DNA from: Kiritimatiellia bacterium | Lineage (GTDB): Bacteria > Verrucomicrobiota > Kiritimatiellia > RFP12 > UBA1067 | Assembly: GCA_017463935.1 (NCBI GenBank) | Contig: JAFUEM010000028.1 | Coordinates: forward strand, 751 to 64,750 | Reading direction: 5' to 3' | Length of the DNA stretch: 64,000 nt | In this document: positions 1 to 8,330 of the stretch, one piece after another | Position numbering within the stretch: the stretch's first letter is position 1 | Layout: the number at the start of each line of letters is the position of its first letter | The notes under the pieces: model-generated | The model's database searches: none | What the model was told of the DNA's origin: nothing | Seen by the model: the letters and a program-made list of their open reading frames with translations, nothing else | Program-made: the position numbers and the translations under genes

Positions 1-270
1 CAATAGGGAGTAAATGCATGTTCCGCGAAAAAGGTTCAGAAGAGGCGGGAACAGCGCGAACGACTCGTCGATCTCGCTCGCCGTGAGTTTCGACATGAGC
101 GCGCGGACCTCCGCCGGCGGATGGTACGCGCCGTTCAGTTCCGCCGTGATCTTGAGCGCCTCCTGGGAGAACGCATGGAACGCCTGATGGAGCACACTCC
201 CCGCGGGGATGCCATTCACGCCGGCCATCGTGCGCCTAAATTCCTCAATTGTCATATCAAGTTTCCTCAT
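1..270 (-). CDS. hypothetical protein, N-terminal part only (gene continues past window start)
   Basis: Hand translation of minus strand from ATG at 270: MRKLDMTIEEFRRTMAGVNGIPAGSVLHQAFHAFSQEALKITAELNGAYHPPAEVRALMSKLT... with no stop before position 1; co-directional and downstream of the merR-type promoter. Confidence 0.4.
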   Translation of the reverse strand, partial: MRKLDMTIEEFRRTMAGVNGIPAGSVLHQAFHAFSQEALKITAELNGAYHPPAEVRALMSKLTASEIDESFALFPPLLNLFRGTCIYSLL

Positions 271-337
271 TGCCGCGCGCAAAGTCCGTCCGGGCGGCTT
301 CGATCTGCCGCCCGCTGTTCGGTTCTTGCGGGCTTTC

Positions 338-802
338 TTAAAATTCCACCTTGCGGCCGGTCTCGCGGCGGTAGCGTTCAAGCGTGGCTTCTCTGGACTG
401 GACGGCTTTCAGCCCTTCGCGCTTCGCCGTCTCGTAGTACCAGACCTTGAACGCGATGCGTTCCGCGCAGACGCGAAGCTCGTCCATCTGCTTCCGGACC
501 TCCGCCTCATGGCGGCGCATGAGTGCCAGACGCTGCCCGACCGACCGCTCGCCGCGTTTCGTCAGCTCCATGTAGCGGCGGATCTCGGCGAGAGGCAGCC
601 CGGTCTTCTTGAGGCAGGTGATGATGCTGATGCTGTAGTAGTCCTCGTCGGTATAGACGCGACGACCGCGTTCGCGCCTCACGGCCGGCAGAAGCCCCGC
701 CTTTTCGTAGAAGCGGAGCGTGTCGGCGGTGTACCCGGTCCGCTGGCAGATCTGCGAAATGGAGTAGCCCGCACCATCATTCTTCTGTGTCTTTGATTTC
801 AT
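338..802 (-). CDS. MerR family transcriptional regulator
   Basis: 154 aa; N-terminal HTH motif YSISQICQRTGYTADTLRFYEKAGLL typical of MerR. Confidence 0.85.
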   Translation of the reverse strand: MKSKTQKNDGAGYSISQICQRTGYTADTLRFYEKAGLLPAVRRERGRRVYTDEDYYSISIITCLKKTGLPLAEIRRYMELTKRGERSVGQRLALMRRHEAEVRKQMDELRVCAERIAFKVWYYETAKREGLKAVQSREATLERYRRETGRKVEF

Positions 803-810
803 GGTGCAAT

Positions 811-841
811 ATTATATCATCTGGAGTCAACTCCAAGTCAA
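811..841 (-). promoter_or_regulatory. MerR-type promoter: TTGACT, 19 bp spacer containing palindrome TGGAGTtgACTCCA, TATAAT; reads toward merR
   Basis: Minus strand reads gcTTGACTtggagttgactccagatgaTATAATattgcaccATG; the 19 bp spacer and dyad are hallmarks of MerR-family regulated promoters. Confidence 0.55.
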
Positions 842-1375
842 GCGGCGAAGTTCGCCCTTCTCAAGCCCGTTTTGGGTGTTTCACGGTAAGATTAAGAGCG
901 GATGTCTGTTGTGTTTATCAGTTGCTCTTGTTGTTTCCCGCCCCGTCGACAGATGCGACGAACGGGACACCCTCCCCCCAATTGCAATGCGCGCCATCGC
1001 CGCGCTCCTCGCGCAGCTTACAGACTCGTTTCAAAGTTCAATGGGGCCGAGGAAAAATCATGGGCATTGCTGCCCGCTACCTCACCTTCACGCGCAGGAA
1101 GAACGCGGACGGCGCGCCGTCGCCCAGATCTATTCGGTGATTTCGCCCATTCTACTATATGCCGTGCGAGCGAATGTAGGGAGTGTAGGCTATCGACAGT
1201 TCTAGCGGCAGAAAACCGCCGAGCCCACAACGAGCGCGGCGGATTCAGGTTTGCGCGTGTTCCGCAACTACGTGCGATTCGCCGCTATTTCGCGTCAAAT
1301 ACTAGCGGGATGCCGAACCAGTCCTTCATCCCCGCCCAGCTCTTCGCGTTCGCCGAGACATGGATAGCGGCAAAA

Positions 1376-2992
1376 CTAATCGATATAGCGTATGGGGCGG
1401 GATTCGTCCTGGTTCGTCGGCCAACGCTCGGGCAGCTCCCTGGAACCCGGTGACCTCCACCCCTTCGTGCCTTTGCGCACTTCGACGACAAGATCGGCAG
1501 GAGCACCAGTAAACACGACTTGTTTCCCCCACGAAAACTGTGCCAAACCTATCTGCGGTGCATCGCCATTGAACACGATCTTCTTCAGTTTGCCGCTACC
1601 ACAGGCAGCACATTGGCCTAAATATTGGAGGCTTTTCGGAAACTCGATCAACTCCAAATCCGGACACTCGCAAAGATTCCAAGGTTCCACATCCAGTATG
1701 CCCTCGGGGAGCTTTGCCGTTTTCAGTCCGCAACCGCGGAACGCACACCCCCCTATCTTTCTTGTCTTTGGAGAAAGCTTGACACTTTCGCGCGTTTTGG
1801 GGTAAGCGAGCAGCTTGGAAAAGTCTTTTGTATAAAGTGCCCCGTCACGGGAAGCAAAATTTTTATTCGATCTTGATATCTCGATGCTTGACAGCGATTT
1901 ACAATTGAAAAATGCTTCAGATTGTTCCAAACCTGCGGGAAGCACGACCTTGGTCATTTGTTCACAGCCACTCCAGAACGGGCTGTCATCATTATAACCA
2001 CGGCCTCCGGATATATTCGTAACCTTGTGCCCGTCAATTTTGTCCGGAATGACAAGAGTGCCGACAGGCTTCGGATCGATACCTGTGATGATAGCATTAC
2101 CACCTTCAAGTTTGTAGGAGAACTTGTATTCGACATTGGAAACATCTTTGGGATCAGTTGTTTTCGCAGATGGTGTCGCAATCACATCCTCCCCTGCCAC
2201 CTTCGCCTCTTCTATCCGGCGCTCGACCTGGACCTTGTTGAGTCCCTTGATATCATCCGAGGCGATGGCCTCTTCGTAGAGTTTCGCCGCGTGGGCGTGA
2301 AAACATCTCTCGATCTCGTCTGACTTGTCCTTGGCGTGGTTCATTGGATAGTCCCACCAGAAATCTGCAACCTTCTTGGTCGCACCTTTGCCGTCGCGCT
2401 CGGCCTTGGCAATCTCCCCGACCTTGCCGTCCGTTGCCGCGAAGTTCTCAAGCGCCCGATCCCAATCGCCGAGAAAGGCGTAGTGCTCGGCAATCTTCAG
2501 TCGAAGCGAGCGGTCGGCAGGGGTCTTCTTTACGGAACTCTCCAGCGTCTTCAGTTCGTCCGTGTAGCGCGAGCGGGCCTTTATCTCGCCCAGCATCCGG
2601 TAGAGCTGTCCGCCGTTCTTGCGCGGAACGGCGCGGAGCGAGGACTCTATGATCTTGGCCATGTCGGCGGGGGGCATGTCTGGGATGGCAGTCTGCAAGC
2701 CCTGGAGCGTCTCGATTGCCTTGTCGAACTCGCCCGCGCGGACGTAGAGGTTGAACGCGCCCTTCATCAGCAGGAGCTTCGCCGCCTCCGATTCCGCCTG
2801 GTCGGCAAGTTCCATTGCCGATTCGGCCACCTCGGCGCGCGTCTTCTTGCCGCTCTTGAGGGCGGCCTGATCGTCGCGCATGAGGTCCATGACCAATGGT
2901 TCGACCCTCTTGGTCTCTTCCTGAGTCGGCATGGCGTTCGCCGTAGCGGCGAAGGCCATCAGCCCGCTCAATATGATTTTCGTGCATTTCAT
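1376..2992 (-). CDS. secreted protein with TPR-like N-terminal region and BspA-type leucine-rich repeat C-terminal region
   Basis: ORF 1376..3073; likely start MKCTKIILSGLMAFAATANA (signal peptide); C-terminal segments such as FFNCKSLSSIEI resemble LRR_5/BspA repeats. Confidence 0.65.
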   Translation of the reverse strand: MKCTKIILSGLMAFAATANAMPTQEETKRVEPLVMDLMRDDQAALKSGKKTRAEVAESAMELADQAESEAAKLLLMKGAFNLYVRAGEFDKAIETLQGLQTAIPDMPPADMAKIIESSLRAVPRKNGGQLYRMLGEIKARSRYTDELKTLESSVKKTPADRSLRLKIAEHYAFLGDWDRALENFAATDGKVGEIAKAERDGKGATKKVADFWWDYPMNHAKDKSDEIERCFHAHAAKLYEEAIASDDIKGLNKVQVERRIEEAKVAGEDVIATPSAKTTDPKDVSNVEYKFSYKLEGGNAIITGIDPKPVGTLVIPDKIDGHKVTNISGGRGYNDDSPFWSGCEQMTKVVLPAGLEQSEAFFNCKSLSSIEISRSNKNFASRDGALYTKDFSKLLAYPKTRESVKLSPKTRKIGGCAFRGCGLKTAKLPEGILDVEPWNLCECPDLELIEFPKSLQYLGQCAACGSGKLKKIVFNGDAPQIGLAQFSWGKQVVFTGAPADLVVEVRKGTKGWRSPGSRELPERWPTNQDESRPIRYID

Positions 2993-3082
2993 TGTCTTTT
3001 TCTCCTCGTTTTCTTCGGCGGAACTCCCGCCGTCACATGTAGAATCGCATCGGCGCCAAACCTTTGACATCAAAAATCGAAA

Positions 3083-3682
3083 TTATTTTTCATCGGCGAA
3101 TTCCTCTTCAATGATCTCGGCCATCTGCTCTATGCGGGACTTGATCTTGTAGACCGCGGCCTTGGTTATGCCAAACTTCGCGGCCACATCGTCCAGCGGC
3201 ATTTCATCTTCGACGTATGCCCGATAGACGGCGCGTGATTGCGCGGATATCGCCGTTTTCGTAAGCACATGCTCGATGGCGCTTTGATGCCGCACCATCC
3301 GCCACTTGATGTCTATCTGCTCGGCGACATCCGCCGGGATGGAAGGTTCGACATCGTCAATATCGACATGCAGCCCCGCCCCACGCGCCTGGTCTTTCCG
3401 ATAGAGCGACACGAGATGCCGCCGGATCATCGTGGAAAGAAACGCCCTAAAACTGCCCTTGGACGCATCGTATCCGCCGGACTGCACGACATTCACGAGC
3501 TTGAGGAAGATATCCTGCACCACATCGTCGGGGTCGTGGGCGCTGTCATGATGGGCGACAAACCGCTTGATCGCCGGTTCGTACAGTCCGAAGAACCTGA
3601 CCCACGCCGCCTCGCGTTCGCCGGTCACCCGCACGGCAATCTTCCTCAGCAGCGTCATCGAGGTTTCGGGGAACGCGCTCAC
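3083..3682 (-). CDS. RNA polymerase ECF-type sigma-70 family sigma factor
   Basis: 199 aa; sigma-70 region 2 (DVVQDIFLKL) and region 4 HTH (LDDVAAKFGITKAAVYKIKSR); 4 bp overlap with upstream kinase gene. Confidence 0.85.
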   Translation of the reverse strand: MSAFPETSMTLLRKIAVRVTGEREAAWVRFFGLYEPAIKRFVAHHDSAHDPDDVVQDIFLKLVNVVQSGGYDASKGSFRAFLSTMIRRHLVSLYRKDQARGAGLHVDIDDVEPSIPADVAEQIDIKWRMVRHQSAIEHVLTKTAISAQSRAVYRAYVEDEMPLDDVAAKFGITKAAVYKIKSRIEQMAEIIEEEFADEK

Positions 3683-4737
3683 TTGCCGCCCTCCCTATGC
3701 TGGAGCACATCATCCGCCGAGAACAGTTCTCTGAAATCGTCCTGTTCGGGCGGCGGCGGTTCATTGCTCTTGGAACGGGACGCGGCAATGGCGACTACAG
3801 CAGCGGCAATAACTGCAACAGCGGCGACCGCAATGAACCACCAACGCTTTATGAACGCAAAGCGAGTGGCTGGCGTTTTCATCTGCGTGGATACATCGTC
3901 CTCTGTCGATTCTACCGGCTGCAACTGGCGCGGCAGATCCGAGAGCGGCAACGGGCGTTCCTGTGGATCGACGGAGAGCATCCGAGACAAGACATCGCGC
4001 CACTGGTACTTGAATCCGTCAAGCAGCGCCAGCGCCTTTGTCCCAGGTTCATACCAAAGACCCGTAAGGAGGTGAAAGAACATCACTCCGAGCGAATAGA
4101 CATCTGCTGCCGGCGTCGCGTCATGGCCTGCCAGGACATCCGGGGCCATATAGCCATCTGTGCCCATGATGAGCTTGGATTCCGTCTTGCCATCCGAGAC
4201 AATAGTCCGCGTCACATTGACTTCACGCGAAAGCCCCTCTCCGAAGATGCGCGATACGCCGAAGTCGGAAAGCATCACATGCTTGTCCTCGCGCAGAAGG
4301 ACGTTGCCGAGCTTGATGTCGCGGTGGACGATGCCCTGCGCGTGGATGTAGTCAAGCGCCTTGCACAGATCGTCAAACCAGTCGAAGATGTAGTCCTCTT
4401 CGAGATCGTCCAATTCAATGTCATCCAGCGTATGCGGCGTGCCGTCCTCGTAGGTGATCATGTCCATGACGAAGTACGGAACGCCTGTCGCCTCGTCAAC
4501 GGCCAAGTCGAACACGCGGATGAGATGCGGATTGCGCAACCGCGCCAGCACCTTCCCCTCGGCCAGGAACTTCTTCTTAAGGACATCGACATACCCGCTC
4601 TGCGCCGTGAATGCCTTGAGCGCGTAGTGCACGCCGAGCTGCTCGTGCTCTACTTCGTAGACAGCCCCCATGCCACCCTCTCCAAGAAGGCGGATTACTC
4701 GGTATGCGCCGATTTTATGTCCAGAAGCAAATGTCAT
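3679..4737 (-). CDS. serine/threonine protein kinase with C-terminal transmembrane anchor
   Basis: 352 aa; GEGGMGAVY glycine loop, VAIK-like ALK, HRDIKLGNVLL catalytic loop, DFG motif, hydrophobic WWFIAVAAVAVIAAAVVAIAA segment. Confidence 0.85.
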   Translation of the reverse strand: MTFASGHKIGAYRVIRLLGEGGMGAVYEVEHEQLGVHYALKAFTAQSGYVDVLKKKFLAEGKVLARLRNPHLIRVFDLAVDEATGVPYFVMDMITYEDGTPHTLDDIELDDLEEDYIFDWFDDLCKALDYIHAQGIVHRDIKLGNVLLREDKHVMLSDFGVSRIFGEGLSREVNVTRTIVSDGKTESKLIMGTDGYMAPDVLAGHDATPAADVYSLGVMFFHLLTGLWYEPGTKALALLDGFKYQWRDVLSRMLSVDPQERPLPLSDLPRQLQPVESTEDDVSTQMKTPATRFAFIKRWWFIAVAAVAVIAAAVVAIAASRSKSNEPPPPEQDDFRELFSADDVLQHREGGK

Positions 4738-4771
4738 TCTTTCTATACGTGTCGCCGCTCGGCAATCGAAC

Positions 4772-5053
4772 GAAAAAAAGAAAACCTCCCTTCCTGTTCT
4801 ACTAGAGGCTGTGAGAATTGCCTTGATGGAAACACGAAGAGAGGCAAGCGCGTCTGCGCTTCCTCTGCAAGGTGCCGTCCATCTTGAAACTTCTCACATT
4901 CCTAGTAACGACCGCTTTGCAGCGCAAATTGTCTTGTCGCGCCATAGCCCGTAAGGGCGTAGGCGGATTATGCGGCGGGTCGTTGCCTGCCTATATTCCG
5001 TTTACTGTGGTGTTGCCATTCCTTTCATTTTCAGTTTCACGGCTTGAGATTGA
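4772..5053 (-). ncRNA. conserved ~300 nt leader-like element (copy A) ending in an intrinsic terminator just upstream of the kinase gene
   Basis: About 75-80% identical to 40424..40706 over ~280 nt (e.g. cgacCgctttgcagcgcaaatt, ttcctttcattTtcagtttcacgGcttgagattg); minus-strand hairpin CCUCUCUUC/GGAAGGGAGG followed by UUUUCUUUUUUU at 4773..4850. Confidence 0.4.
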
Positions 5054-5449
5054 TTACAGAAAATCCGCCATGTTCGAAGGCGGCTGCGTTGGCTCTGGCG
5101 GCAGTGTTGCGGCGACTGCCTTCACTTTTTCACATTCGACCGGAATGTCGTTTTGCAGAATATCCCAAATAGTGTCGTAATCTATGTCAGCGTAATCATG
5201 CACAATCTTATGCCTGACACCAGCGAGGCCCTTCCAATCCACTTCAGGATTCTGGGCTGCAAACTCACGGGTGATGTTGTTGGCGGCCTCGCCCAGTACC
5301 ATCAAATTAAAGAGGATCATCTCAGTTGTGTTTTCATGCCGCCGCAACTGGTCGCGCTCCAAGCCCCTGCTCAGCTCTGCTATCCGTTCCATCGCATCCA
5401 GCATGTGCCGAACACGCGAATCATCACGATAAAGCGAAGGATTCGTCAT
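5054..5449 (-). CDS. hepT: HepT-like nucleotidyltransferase substrate-binding toxin (DUF86)
   Basis: ORF 5054..5470; DUF86-like sequence RVRHMLDAMERIAEL...NLMVLGEAANNI...HKIVHDYADID; abuts upstream mntA-like gene. Confidence 0.7.
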   Translation of the reverse strand: MTNPSLYRDDSRVRHMLDAMERIAELSRGLERDQLRRHENTTEMILFNLMVLGEAANNITREFAAQNPEVDWKGLAGVRHKIVHDYADIDYDTIWDILQNDIPVECEKVKAVAATLPPEPTQPPSNMADFL

Positions 5450-5739
5450 ACCGGCACGGCCTCCTTGCAAACACGATGCGCAAAGCCAAGAGACTGCGGC
5501 AGAATCCGAGATGCCACAAGGTCAACTCTGCTGCCAAGCAGTTTTTCATATGCGGATGACATTGCACGTTCATTACGCCAACTATACTCGCCCGGCATCC
5601 ATTTGACAAGAAAATCCACGTCGCTGTCGGGGCGCTCCTCCCTGCGGGCGCACGAGCCGAAGACCCAAAGCTTCTCGGCCTTGTGCCTCCTCGCGATCGC
5701 GTAGATTTCATCCCGCTTCGCGCGTATCTCGTCTAACAT
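5446..5739 (-). CDS. mntA: MntA-like minimal nucleotidyltransferase antitoxin
   Basis: ORF 5446..5751; GSxARxxxxxxSDxD motif (VFGSCARREERPDSDVDFLV). Confidence 0.7.
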   Translation of the reverse strand: MLDEIRAKRDEIYAIARRHKAEKLWVFGSCARREERPDSDVDFLVKWMPGEYSWRNERAMSSAYEKLLGSRVDLVASRILPQSLGFAHRVCKEAVPV

Positions 5740-5764
5740 GCACATTTGCAAGCGCGGATATTAT

Positions 5765-5840
5765 GCCCCAAGAGAAAACAAAGGCATTTTAGCAAAAATC
5801 ATCCTTCCCGTCAATCTGGGGAACGGCGAAAATCGCAGTG
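5765..5840 (-). promoter_or_regulatory. sigma-70 promoter (TTGACG-17-TAAAAT) plus conserved 5'UTR block shared with 41528..41600
   Basis: Minus strand: agaTTGACGggaaggatgatttttgcTAAAATgcctttgttttctcttggggcataatatcc; roughly 80% identical to the region upstream of the GNAT/RHH TA module. Confidence 0.55.
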
Positions 5841-5903
5841 TCGAAGCTGAAAATGGTTGGTTGCGCAGTATGGCCGCGTCCTCAAACCTCAAGGCAGCTG
5901 GCG

Positions 5904-6776
5904 TCAGGTAAATGTCAGCTCGGCTTTCTCCCCGGCTCTGCGTCCTGCGTCGTAGACGCGCTGCATGACAGCCGGGTCGTGGCAGACGCGCGAGATCGGC
6001 AAGGGCTCGTCCGGGGCGATGAGAATGGCCTTGCCGGCCGCGACGCGCGCGTCGATGTAGTCGAGCGCCTTGTTGTACCAGATATGGCGCGTTTTCAGCG
6101 CTTCGTAGATGGCCGGATGATGGCGCAGCAGAGGCTTCAGGACGCACAGGCGCCGGCTCGGGAACTTTCGGTAGCCGCGCGGTCGGGTGGTCACGACGAC
6201 ATTCCGCTCATAACCGAGCGACTCGAAGTACCGGAGCGGAATGCCGTCGGACAGTCCGCCGTCAAGGTACAGTCCGCCGTCGATCGCCACCGGCCGCGCG
6301 ACGACCGGCATGGAGGCCGAGGCACGAATCCAGTCGAACGCGCGCGCGTCGGCCCTGTCGAGTTTCCTGTACACGCTCCGGCCGGTCGCACAGTCGGTGG
6401 CGACGATGTGAAACGCCATCGGATTCGCCTCGAACGCTGCGGAGTCGAACACGTCCAGCTCCATTGGGAGCGTCCGGTAGCAGAACTCCGCGCCGAAGAG
6501 GTCGCCTGTGGTCAGGAGCGACCGCCACGAGCAGTAGCGCGGATCGCGGGCGAACCGCTTGTTGTAGCGGATGACGCGGCCGATCTGCCCCGACTTGTAG
6601 TTGCAGCCGAAGCACGCGCCGGCTGACACGCCGACAAGTCCGTCGAACGTGACGCCGCGCTCCATGAGGACGTCGAGCACGCCGGCCGTGAACAGCCCGC
6701 GCATCCCACCGCCTTCCAGCACAAGTCCGGTCTTCATTCTGCCTGTATCTCCGTTTACGGCCTGTTCTTCCGTCAT
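5904..6776 (-). CDS. patatin-like phospholipase
   Basis: ORF 5904..6872; likely start MTEEQAVNG; GGGMRG oxyanion motif and GVSAG nucleophile elbow. Confidence 0.8.
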   Translation of the reverse strand: MTEEQAVNGDTGRMKTGLVLEGGGMRGLFTAGVLDVLMERGVTFDGLVGVSAGACFGCNYKSGQIGRVIRYNKRFARDPRYCSWRSLLTTGDLFGAEFCYRTLPMELDVFDSAAFEANPMAFHIVATDCATGRSVYRKLDRADARAFDWIRASASMPVVARPVAIDGGLYLDGGLSDGIPLRYFESLGYERNVVVTTRPRGYRKFPSRRLCVLKPLLRHHPAIYEALKTRHIWYNKALDYIDARVAAGKAILIAPDEPLPISRVCHDPAVMQRVYDAGRRAGEKAELTFT

Positions 6777-6789
6777 CTTTTCCTTTGCG

Positions 6790-6900
6790 TTGAACAAGAC
6801 AAGAGATATTATAGCAAATATGCAGCTTGAGAAGTTGAGGCGTGTAGAGACTCTCGGCCTGCCCGCACGCAAGCGCCGCCTTGGATTGCACAGGACGAAC
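6790..6900 (-). repeat. ~100 bp repeat carrying an outward extended -10 promoter (TGcTATAAT), copy 1 of 2
   Basis: About 80% identity to 35640..35745 (tattatagcaaatatgcagcttgagaagttgagg...gcccgcacgcaagc); sits immediately upstream of the patatin start. Confidence 0.5.
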
Positions 6901-7119
6901 CGGGAAAGTATATATAGACAATTCTAAATGTCTACCGCGCGTCCGCGCACGGGAACACTATAGGAGAACGCATTTCCACGCGCCGGCTGACAGCTGCGCC
7001 GCGATTCTCGCCTGCAAGCCCGCCACGTTGCCGCGTATCGGGCTTTTCGCGTCTGGTCGGGCAATCGTCCGTCTTCGCGCCGGGCGCGGCACGGGCCAAC
7101 GTCGCGGCGGTCGACGCGG

Positions 7120-7488
7120 CTACGAGGAGTCGCCTTGCCTGTCGCAGGGAGGTGTAACGCCGTGGCGGGCGTAATATCCGCGCCCCCATTTGTCCATCGC
7201 CCTGACGATTGCTGCGGCTGATTTGCCAAGTGCCGTCAGGGTGTATTCGGTTTTGGGCGGAATGACGGGATAGACCTTGCGTGAGATTATCTCATCCGCC
7301 TCAAGTTCGCGCAACTGCTGACTGAGCATCTTGGCGGTCGCCTGCGGAATCTTGCGCTTGATGTCGCTGTAGCGCATGATGCCGCTTTCCGTAAGCCACC
7401 AGACGATTATGGCCTTGTATTTGCCGCCGAGAATGGCAATCGCAGCCTCCACCGCGCAGTGGAAGCCTTCAAGTTTCTCCCTTGTCAT
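7120..7488 (-). CDS. HxlR family transcriptional regulator
   Basis: ORF 7120..7647; start MTREKLEGFHCAVEAAIAILGGKYKAIIVWWL; HxlR wHTH signature; paralog of 13833..14189. Confidence 0.8.
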   Translation of the reverse strand: MTREKLEGFHCAVEAAIAILGGKYKAIIVWWLTESGIMRYSDIKRKIPQATAKMLSQQLRELEADEIISRKVYPVIPPKTEYTLTALGKSAAAIVRAMDKWGRGYYARHGVTPPCDRQGDSS

Positions 7489-7509
7489 GATGTACGGTTT
7501 CCTTTTGGG

Positions 7510-7565
7510 AAGTAGGCTACAAAATAGTGCGTTCTTGTCATTTGGACGCATAGTATAGTATAATC
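7510..7565. promoter_or_regulatory. divergent hxlR/dsbA control region: imperfect dyad around ACAAAATAGTGC plus TAGTATAAT -10
   Basis: aagtaggctacaaaatagtgcgttcttg ... catagtatagtataat; same architecture at 14210..14268 next to the second HxlR paralog. Confidence 0.4.
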
Positions 7566-7604
7566 TGCGGCGTTTTGCAACAGCAAGACCGGAACGGAGA
7601 TGAA

Positions 7605-8318
7605 ATGATGGTTCAGATAGACTACTGGTCGGACTACGCCTGCCCATACTGCTACATCGGCGAAGCTCGGCTCAAAAAGGCGGCGGAAGAGACTCTGCCG
7701 AAAGGAGGATGGACGCTCAGGATGCACAGTTTCGAGCTTGATCCGTCCGCTCCGCGCAAGACGGAGACCGACACCGCGACGCGCTTCGCGCACAAATACG
7801 GTCTCTCGCTTGACGGCGCAAAGGCGCGGATCGAGGACATCTCGTCGCTTGGGCGGGCCGAGGGGCTGGACTTCCGCTATGCAACGACGCGATACACCAA
7901 CACGTTCGACGCCCATCGACTTACGCATTATGCGCAAAGCCTCGGCGACGATGCGAAAACCCATAGACTCGAGGAGCTGCTCTATGCGGCCTACTTCACG
8001 AAGAATCTTGAACTTGCGGACCACGCCGTTCTGCTCGACGCGGCTGAAGAAGCAGGACTCGACAGGAGCGAAACCTCCAAGGTCCTCACTTCCGGAAAGT
8101 TCGCAGACGAGGTGCGCAGGGACGAGGCTGCTGCGGCGAGCATGGGCGTCCACGGCGTTCCGTATTTCGTCGTAAACGGCAAGCTCGCCATCCCAGGCGC
8201 AATGTCGAAGAACGACTTTGCCGCCGCGCTGAACCAGTTTATTGGCGACGCAAAACCTGCCGGAGAAGCGAAACCGAAAACGCACGTGTGCGGGCCTGAC
8301 GGATGTCGGCTCGAATAA
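7605..8318 (+). CDS. DsbA/FrnE-family thiol:disulfide oxidoreductase
   Basis: ORF 7575..8318; thioredoxin-fold CPYC active site (DYACPYCYIG). Confidence 0.8.
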   Translation: MMVQIDYWSDYACPYCYIGEARLKKAAEETLPKGGWTLRMHSFELDPSAPRKTETDTATRFAHKYGLSLDGAKARIEDISSLGRAEGLDFRYATTRYTNTFDAHRLTHYAQSLGDDAKTHRLEELLYAAYFTKNLELADHAVLLDAAEEAGLDRSETSKVLTSGKFADEVRRDEAAAASMGVHGVPYFVVNGKLAIPGAMSKNDFAAALNQFIGDAKPAGEAKPKTHVCGPDGCRLE

Positions 8319-8330
8319 GGGAGGCGCGTT

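Noticed and set aside
803-1375. Several 100-180 aa plus-strand ORFs between merR and the LRR gene (787..1140, 801..1205, 902..1453)
   Set aside because: Overlapping, Arg/Pro/Ser-rich, no start-site signals; region more likely holds the merR promoter and the LRR gene's terminator.
4772-5053. Leader element being RNase P RNA, 6S RNA, tmRNA or SRP RNA
   Set aside because: Two divergent copies per 64 kb, only ~280 nt long, and no match to the universal motifs I know for those RNAs (only a weak GAAAGG...CCATAG resemblance to RNase P P4); treated as unclassified.
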